From Azolla caroliniana (lineage: Eukaryota > Plantae > Polypodiophyta), in contig JBHGNT010000296.1 of NCBI GenBank assembly GCA_043228905.1, forward strand, positions 1-38,200: a DNA stretch of 38,200 nt, in the 5' to 3' direction. Both the position numbers and the translations under genes were made by a program. Every line of letters starts with the position of its first letter. Within the stretch, counting starts at the first letter, position 1. This document shows positions 26,117-35,710 of the stretch, in pieces. The notes below the pieces were generated by a model, which saw nothing but the letters and a program-made list of their open reading frames with translations, had not been told where the DNA came from and ran no database searches.

Positions 26117-27893
26117 AGCTATGATATGGAATTAAAAAATCAAGATTTTGAAACTCAGGTCGAGAGACATGACGAAATTTCCAAATTTGAGGAGGGAGTT
26201 GAGAAGAGCTAGTAGGTAAATTACACTGTTCATACCTGGTTCGTGTGATATCGGATTTTTGTGTTCAAACATGCGAATCGAAGCTAACAACGCTAGCTAT
26301 GCTATGGAATTAAAAATCAAGATTTTGCAACTCAAGTCGAGAGACATGACGAAATTACCAAATTTGAGGAGTGAGGTTGGAAGAGCGCGTGAGTGAATTA
26401 AAATGTTCATACCTGGCTCGTGTGATATCGGATTTTTGTGTTCAAACATGCAAGTCGAAGCTAACAACGTTAGCTATGATATGGAATTAAAAAATCAAGA
26501 TTTTGAAACTCAGGTCGAGAGACATGACGAAATTTCCAAATTTGAGGAGGGAGTTGAGAAGAGCTAGTAGGTAAATTACACTGTTCATACCTGGTTCGTG
26601 TGATATCGGATTTTTGTGTTCAAACATGCGAATCGAAGCTAAGAACGCTAGCTATGATATGGAATTAAAAAATCAAGATTTTGAAACTCAGGTCGAGAGA
26701 CATGACGAAATTAGCAAATTTGAGGAGTGAGTTGAGAGGAGCCCTTGAGTAAATTAAAATGTTCATACCTAGCGAGTGTGATATCGGATTTTTGTGTACA
26801 AACATGCGAATCGAAGCTAACAACGCTAGCTATGATATGGAATTAAAAAATCAAGATTTTGAAACTAAAGTCGAGAGACATGACGAAATTAGCAAATTTG
26901 AGGAGTGAGTTGAGAGGAGCCCTTGAGTAAATTAAAATGTTCATACCTAGCGAGCGTGATATCGGATTTTTGTGTTCAAACATGCGAATCGAAGCTAACA
27001 ACGCTAGCTATGATATGGAATTAAAAAATCAAGATTTTGAAACTCAGGTCGAGAGACATGACGAAATTTCCAAATTTGAGGAGGGAGTTGAGAAGAGCTA
27101 GTAGGTAAATTACACTGTTCATACCTGGTTCGTGTGATATCGGATTTTTGTGTTCAAACATGCGAATCGAAGCTAACAACGCTAGCTATGATATGGAATT
27201 AAAAATCAAGATTTTGCAACTCAAGTCGAGAGACATGAAGAAATTACCAAATTTGAGGAGTGAGGTTGGAAGAGCGCGTGAGTGAATTAAAATGTTCATA
27301 CCTGGCTCGTGTGATATCGGATTTTTGTGTTCAAACATGCAAATCGAAGCTAACAACGCTAGCTATGATATGGAATTAAAAATCAAGATTTTGCAACTCA
27401 AGTCGAGAGACATGACGAAATTAGCAAATTTGAGGAGTGAGTTGAGAGGAGCCCTTGAGTAAATTAAAATGTTCATACCTGGCTCGTGTGATATCGGATT
27501 TTTGTGTTCAAACATGCGAATCGAAGCTAACAACGCTAGCTATGATATGGAATTAAAAAATCAAAATTTGGAAACTAAGATCGAGAGACATGACGAAATT
27601 AGCAAATTTGAGGAGTGAGTTGAGAGGAGCCCTTGAGTAAATTAAAATTTTCATACCTAGCAAGCGTGATATCGGATTTTTGTGTTCAAACATGCGAATC
27701 GAAGCTAACAACGCTAGCTATGATATGGAATTAAAAAATCAAGATTTTGAAACTAAGGTCGAGAGACAAGACGAAATTAGCAAATTTGAGGAGTGAGTTG
27801 AGAGGAGCCCTTGAGTAAATTAAAATGTTCATACCTAGCGAGCGTGATATCGGATTTTTGTGTTCAAACATGCGAATCGAAGCTAACAACGCT

Positions 27894-30026
27894 AGCTATG
27901 ATATGGAATTAAAAAATCAAGATTTTGAAACTCAGGTCGAGAGACATGACGAAATTTCCAAATTTGAGGAGGGAGTTGAGAAGAGCTAGTAGGTAAATTA
28001 CACTGTTCATACCTGGTTCGTGTGATATCGGATTTTTGTGTTCAAACATGCGAATCGAAGCTAACAACGCTAGCTATGATATGGAATTAAAAATCAAGAT
28101 TTTGCAACTCAAGTCGAGAGACATGAAGAAATTACCAAATTTGAGGAGTGAGGTTGGAAGAGCGCGTGAGTGAATTAAAATGTTCATACCTGGCTCGTGT
28201 GATATCGGATTTTTGTGTTCAAACATGCAAATCGAAGCTAACAACGCTAGCTATGATATGGAATTAAAAATCAAGATTTTGCAACTCAAGTCGAGAGACA
28301 TGAAGAAATTACCAAATTTGAGGAGTGAGGTTGGAAGAGCGCGTGAGTGAATTAAAATGTTCATACCTGGCTCGTGTGATATCGGATTTTTGTGTTCAAA
28401 AATGAAAATCGAAGCTAACAACGCTAGCTATGATATGGAATTAGAAAATCAAGATTTTGAAACTAAGGTCGAGAGGCATGACGAAATTAGCAAATTTGAG
28501 GAGTGAGTTGAGAGGAGCCCTTGAGTAAATTAAAATGTTCATACCTGGCTCGTGTGATATCGGATTTTTTTGTTCAAACATGCGAATCGAAGCTAGCAAC
28601 GCTAGCTATGATATGGAATTAAAAAATCAAGATTTTGAAACTAAGGTCGAGAGACAAGACGAAATTAGCAAATTTGAGGAGTGAGTTGAGAGGAGCCCTT
28701 GAGTAAATTAAAATGTTCATACCTGGCTCGTGTGATATCGGATTTTTGTGTTCAAACATGCGAATCGAAGCTAACAACGCTAGCTATGATATGGAATTAA
28801 AAAATCAAAATTTGGAAACTAAGATCGAGAGACATGACGAAATTAGCAAATTTGAGGAGTGAGTTGAGAGGAGCCCTTGAGTAAATTAAAATTTTCATAC
28901 CTAGCGAGCGTGATATCGGATTTTTGTGTTCAAACATGCGAATCGAAGCTAACAACGCTAGCTATGATATGGAATTAAAAAATCAAGATTTTGAAACTCA
29001 GGTCGAGAGACATGACGAAATTAGCAAATTTGAGGAGTGAGTTGAGAGGAGCCCTTGAGTAAATTAAAATTTTCATACCTGGCTCGTGTGATATCGGATT
29101 TTTGTGTTCAAACATGCAAATCGAAGCTAACAACGCTAGCTATGATATGGAATTAAAAAATCAAGATTTTGAAACTCAGGTCGAGAGACATGACGAAATT
29201 TCCAAATTTGAGGAGGGAGTTGAGAAGAGCTAGTAGGTAAATTACACTGTTCATACCTGGTTCGTGTGATATCGGATTTTTGTGTTCAAACATGCGAATC
29301 GAAGCTAACAACGCTAGCTATGCTATGGAATTAAAAATCAAGATTTTGCAACTCAAGTCGAGAGACATGACGAAATTACCAAATTTGAGGAGTGAGGTTG
29401 GAAGAGCGCGTGAGTGAATTAAAATGTTCATACCTGGCTCGTGTGATATCGGATTTTTGTGTTCAAACATGCAAGTCGAAGCTAACAACGTTAGCTATGA
29501 TATGGAATTAAAAAATCAAGATTTTGAAACTCAGGTCGAGAGACATGACGAAATTTCCAAATTTGAGGAGGGAGTTGAGAAGAGCTAGTAGGTAAATTAC
29601 ACTGTTCATACCTGGTTCGTGTGATATCGGATTTTTGTGTTCAAACATGCGAATCGAAGCTAAGAACGCTAGCTATGATATGGAATTAAAAAATCAAGAT
29701 TTTGAAACTCAGGTCGAGAGACATGACGAAATTAGCAAATTTGAGGAGTGAGTTGAGAGGAGCCCTTGAGTAAATTAAAATGTTCATACCTAGCGAGTGT
29801 GATATCGGATTTTTGTGTACAAACATGCGAATCGAAGCTAACAACGCTAGCTATGATATGGAATTAAAAAATCAAGATTTTGAAACTAAAGTCGAGAGAC
29901 ATGACGAAATTAGCAAATTTGAGGAGTGAGTTGAGAGGAGCCCTTGAGTAAATTAAAATGTTCATACCTAGCGAGCGTGATATCGGATTTTTGTGTTCAA
30001 ACATGCGAATCGAAGCTAACAACGCT
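27894..30026 (+). repeat. Canonical 12-mer HOR unit (2133 bp), beta haplotype
   Basis: A-B1-B2-C1-C2-C3-C4-A-B5-Ak-C5-C6. The same subtype succession, whole or edited, recurs throughout the window. Confidence 0.88.
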
Positions 30027-32513
30027 AGCTATGATATGGAATTAAAAAATCAAGATTTTGAAACTCAGGTCGAGAGACATGACGAAATTTCCAAATTTGA
30101 GGAGGGAGTTGAGAAGAGCTAGTAGGTAAATTACACTGTTCATACCTGGTTCGTGTGATATCGGATTTTTGTGTTCAAACATGCGAATCGAAGCTAACAA
30201 CGCTAGCTATGATATGGAATTAAAAATCAAGATTTTGCAACTCAAGTCGAGAGACATGAAGAAATTACCAAATTTGAGGAGTGAGGTTGGAAGAGCGCGT
30301 GAGTGAATTAAAATGTTCATACCTGGCTCGTGTGATATCGGATTTTTGTGTTCAAACATGCAAATCGAAGCTAACAACGCTAGCTATGATATGGAATTAA
30401 AAATCAAGATTTTGCAAGTCAAGTCGAGAGACATGAAGAAATTACCAAATTTGAGGAGTGAGGTTGGAAGAGCGCGTGAGTGAATTAAAATGTTCATACC
30501 TGGCTCGTGTGATATCGGATTTTTGTGTTCAAAAATGAAAATCGAAGCTAACAACGCTAGCTATGATATGGAATTAAAAAATCAAGATTTTGAAACTAAG
30601 GTCGAGAGGCATGACGAAATTAGCAAATTTGAGGAGTGAGTTGAGAGGAGCCCTTGAGTAAATTAAAATGTTCATACCTGGCTCATGTGATATCGGATTT
30701 TTTTGTTCAAACATGCGAATCGAAGCTAGCAACGCTAGCTATGATATGGAATTAAAAAATCAAGATTTTGAAACTAAGGTCGAGAGACAAGACGAAATTA
30801 GCAAATTTGAGGAGTGAGTTGAGAGGAGCCCTTGAGTAAATTAAAATGTTCATACCTGGCTCGTGTGATATCGGATTTTTGTGTTCAAACATGCGAATCG
30901 AAGCTAACAACGCTAGCTATGATATGGAATTAAAAAATCAAAATTTGGAAACTAAGGTCGAGAGACATGACGAAATTAGCAAATTTGAGGAGTGAGTTGA
31001 GAGGAGCCCTTGAGTAAATTAAAATTTTCATACCTAGCGAGCGTGATATCGGATTTTTGTGTTCAAACATGCGAATCGAAGCTAACAACGCTAGCTATGA
31101 TATGGAATTAAAAAATCAAGATTTTGAAACTCAGGTCGAGAGACATGACGAAATTAGCAAATTTGAGGAGTGAGTTGAGAGGAGCCCTTGAGTAAATTAA
31201 AATTTTCATACCTGGCTCGTGTGATATCGGATTTTTGTGTTCAAACATGCAAATCGAAGCTAACAACGCTAGCTATGATATGGAATTAAAAAATCAAGAT
31301 TTTGAAACTCAGGTCGAGAGACATGACGAAATTTCCAAATTTGAGGAGGGAGTTGAGAAGAGCTAGTAGGTAAATTACACTGTTCATACCTGGTTCGTGT
31401 GATATCGGATTTTTGTGTTCAAACATGCGAATCGAAGCTAACAACGCTAGCTATGATATGGAATTAAAAATCAAGATTTTGCAACTCAAGTCGAGAGACA
31501 TGACGAAATTACCAAATTTGAGGAGTGAGGTTGGAAGAGCGCGTGAGTGAATTAAAATGTTCATACCTGGCTCGTGTGATATCGGATTTTTGTGTTCAAA
31601 CATGCAAATCGAAGCTAACAACGCTAGCTATGATATGGAATTAAAAATCAAGATTTTGCAACTCAAGTCGAGACACATGAAGAAATTACCAAATTTGAGG
31701 AGTGAGGTTGGAAGAGCGCGTGAGTGAATTAAAATGTTCATACCTGGCTCGTGTGATATCGGATTTTTGTGTTCAAACATGCAAATCGAAGCTAACAACG
31801 CTAGCTATGATATGGAATTAAAAATCAAGATTTTGCAACTCAAGTCGAGAGACATGAAGAAATTACCAAATTTGAGGAGTGAGGTTGGAAGAGCGCGTGA
31901 GTGAATTAAAATGTTCATACCTGGCTCGTGTGATATCGGATTTTTGTGTTCAAACATGCAAGTCGAAGCTAACAACGTTAGCTATGATATGGAATTAAAA
32001 AATCAAGATTTTGAAACTCAGGTCGAGAGACATGACGAAATTTCCAAATTTGAGGAGGGAGTTGAGAAGAGCTAGTAGGTAAATTACACTGTTCATACCT
32101 GGTTCGTGTGATATCGGATTTTTGTGTTCAAACATGCGAATCGAAGCTAAGAACGCTAGCTATGATATGGAATTAAAAAATCAAGATTTTGAAACTCAGG
32201 TCGAGAGACATGACGAAATTAGCAAATTTGAGGAGTGAGTTGAGAGGAGCCCTTGAGTAAATTAAAATGTTCATACCTAGCGAGTGTGATATCGGATTTT
32301 TGTGTACAAACATGCGAATCGAAGCTAACAACGCTAGCTATGATATGGAATTAAAAAATCAAGATTTTGAAACTAAAGTCGAGAGACATGACGAAATTAG
32401 CAAATTTGAGGAGTGAGTTGAGAGGAGCCCTTGAGTAAATTAAAATGTTCATACCTAGCGAGCGTGATATCGGATTTTTGTGTTCAAACATGCGAATCGA
32501 AGCTAACAACGCT
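30027..32513 (+). repeat. 14-mer HOR variant (2487 bp), alpha haplotype
   Basis: 12-mer plus two additional B monomers (31449-31802). Nearly the same unit starts at 9950 and 20075. Confidence 0.85.
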
Positions 32514-34290
32514 AGCTATGATATGGAATTAAAAAATCAAGATTTTGAAACTCAGGTCGAGAGACATGACGAAATTTCCAAATTTGAGGAGGGAGTTGAG
32601 AAGAGGTAGTAGGTAAATTACACTGTTCATACCTGGCTCGTGTGATATCGGATTTTTGTGTTCAAACATGCGAATCGAAGCTAACAACGCTAGCTATGAT
32701 ATGGAATTAAAAATCAAGATTTTGCAACTCAAGTCGAGACACATGAAGAAATTACCAAATTTGAGGAGTGAGGTTGGAAGAGCGCGTGAGTGAATTAAAA
32801 TGTTCATACCTGGCTCGTGTGATATCGGATTTTTGTGTTCAAACATGCAAATCGAAGCTAACAACGCTAGCTATGATATGGAATTAAAAATCAAGATTTT
32901 GCAACTCAAGTCGAGAGACATGAAGAAATTACCAAATTTGAGGAGTGAGGTTGGAAGAGCGCGTGAGTGAATTAAAATGTTCATACCTGGCTCGTGTGAT
33001 ATCGGATTTTTGTGTTCAAAAATGAAAATCGAAGCTAACAACGCTAGCTATGATATGGAATTAAAAAATCAAGATTTTGAAACTAAGGTCGAGAGGCATG
33101 ACGAAATTAGCAAATTTGAGGAGTGAGTTGAGAGGAGCCCTTGAGTAAATTAAAATGTTCATACCTGGCTCGTGTGATATCGGATTTTTTTGTTCAAACA
33201 TGCGAATCGAAGCTAGCAACGCTAGCTATGATATGGAATTAAAAAATCAAGATTTTGAAACTAAGGTCGAGAGACAAGATGAAATTAGCAAATTTGAGGA
33301 GTGAGTTGAGAGGAGCCCTTGAGTAAATTAAAATGTTCATACCTGGCTCGTGTGATATCGGATTTTTGTGTTCAAACATGCGAATCGAAGCTAACAACGC
33401 TAGCTATGATATGGAATTAAAAAATCAAAATTTGGAAACTAAGATCGAGAGACATGACGAAATTAGCAAATTTGAGGAGTGAGTTGAGAGGAGCCCTTGA
33501 GTAAATTAAAATTTTCATACCTAGCGAGCGTGATATCGGATTTTTGTGTTCAAACATGCGAATCGAAGCTAACAACGCTAGCTATGATATGGAATTAAAA
33601 AATCAAGATTTTGAAACTCAGGTCGAGAGACATGACGAAATTACCAAATTTGAGGAGTGAGTTGAGAGGAGCCCTTGAGTAAATTAAAATTTTCATACCT
33701 GGCTCGTGTGATATCGGATTTTTGTGTTCAAACATGCAAATCGAAGCTAACAACGCTAGCTATGATATGGAATTAAAAAATCAAGATTTTGAAACTCAGG
33801 TCGAGAGACATGACGAAATTTCCAAATTTGAGGAGGGAGTTGAGAAGAGCTAGTAGGTAAATTACACTGTTCATACCTGGTTCGTGTGATATCGGATTTT
33901 TGTGTTCAAACATGCGAATCGAAGCTAACAACGCTAGCTATGATATGGAATTAAAAATCAAGATTTTGCAACTCAAGTCGAGAGACATGAAGAAATTACC
34001 AAATTTGATAAGTGAGGTTGGAAGAGCGCGTGAGTGAATTAAAATGTTCATACCTGGCTCGTGTGATATCGGATTTTTGTGTTCAAACATGCAAGTCGAA
34101 GCTAACAACGTTAGCTATGATATGGAATTAAAAAATCAAGATTTTGAAACTCAGGTCGAGAGACATGACGAAATTTCCAAATTTGAGGAGGGAGTTGAGA
34201 AGAGGTAGTAGGTAAATTACACTGTTCATACCTGGTTCGTGTGATATCGGATTTTTGTGTTCAAACATGCGAATCGAAGCTAACAACGCT

Positions 34291-35710
34291 AGCTATGATA
34301 TGGAATTAAAAAATCAAGATTTTGAAACTCAGGTCGAGAGACATGACGAAATTTCCAAATTTGAGGAGGGAGTTGAGAAGAGCTAGTAGGTAAATTACAC
34401 TGTTCATACCTGGTTCGTGTGATATCGGATTTTTGTGTTCAAACATGCGAATCGAAGCTAACAACGCTAGCTATGATATGGAATTAAAAATCAAGATTTT
34501 GCAACTCAAGTCGAGAGACATGAAGAAATTACCAAATTTGAGGAGTGAGGTTGGAAGAGCGCGTGAGTGAATTAAAATGTTCATACCTGGCTCGTGTGAT
34601 ATCGGATTTTTGTGTTCAAACATGCAAATCGAAGCTAACAACGCTAGCTATGATATGGAATTAAAAATCAAGATTTTGCAACTCAAGTCGAGAGACATGA
34701 AGAAATTACCAAATTTGAGGAGTGAGGTTGGAAGAGCGCGTGAGTGAATTAAAATGTTCATACCTGGCTCGTGTGATATCGGATTTTTGTGTTCAAAAAT
34801 GAAAATCGAAGCTAACAACGCTAGCTATGATATGGAATTAAAAAATCAAGATTTTGAAACTAAGGTCGAGAGGCATGACGAAATTAGCAAATTTGAGGAG
34901 TGAGTTGAGAGGAGCCCTTGAGTAAATTAAAATGTTCATACCTAGCGAGCGTGATATCGGATTTTTGTGTTCAAACATGCGAATCGAAGCTAACAACGCT
35001 AGCTATGATATGGAATTAAAAAATCAAGATTTTGAAACTCAGGTCGAGAGACATGACGAAATTTCCAAATTTGAGGAGGGAGTTGAGAAGAGCTAGTAGG
35101 TAAATTACACTGTTCATACCTGGTTCGTGTGATATCGGATTTTTGTGTTCAAACATGCGAATCGAAGCTAACAACGCTAGCTATGATATGGAATTAAAAA
35201 TCAAGATTTTGCAACTCAAGTCGAGAGACATGAAGAAATTACCAAATTTGAGGAGTGAGGTTGGAAGAGCGCGTGAGTGAATTAAAATGTTCATACCTGG
35301 CTCGTGTGATATCGGATTTTTGTGTTCAAACATGCAAATCGAAGCTAACAACGCTAGCTATGATATGGAATTAAAAATCAAGATTTTGCAACTCAAGTCG
35401 AGAGACATGAAGAAATTACCAAATTTGAGGAGTGAGGTTGGAAGAGCGCGTGAGTGAATTAAAATGTTCATACCTGGCTCGTGTGATATCGGATTTTTGT
35501 GTTCAAAAATGAAAATCGAAGCTAACAACGCTAGCTATGATATGGAATTAAAAAATCAAGATTTTGAAACTAAGGTCGAGAGGCATGACGAAATTAGCAA
35601 ATTTGAGGAGTGAGTTGAGCGGAGCCCTTGAGTAAATTAAAATGTTCATACCTAGCGAGTGTGATATCGGATTTTTGTGTTCAAACATGCGAATCGAAGC
35701 TAACAACGCT
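34291..35710 (+). repeat. Local 4-mer duplication A-B1-B2-C1 (period 710 bp)
   Basis: 34291-35000 and 35001-35710 have the same order; both C1 monomers carry a TAGCGAG-type 3' half. Confidence 0.82.
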
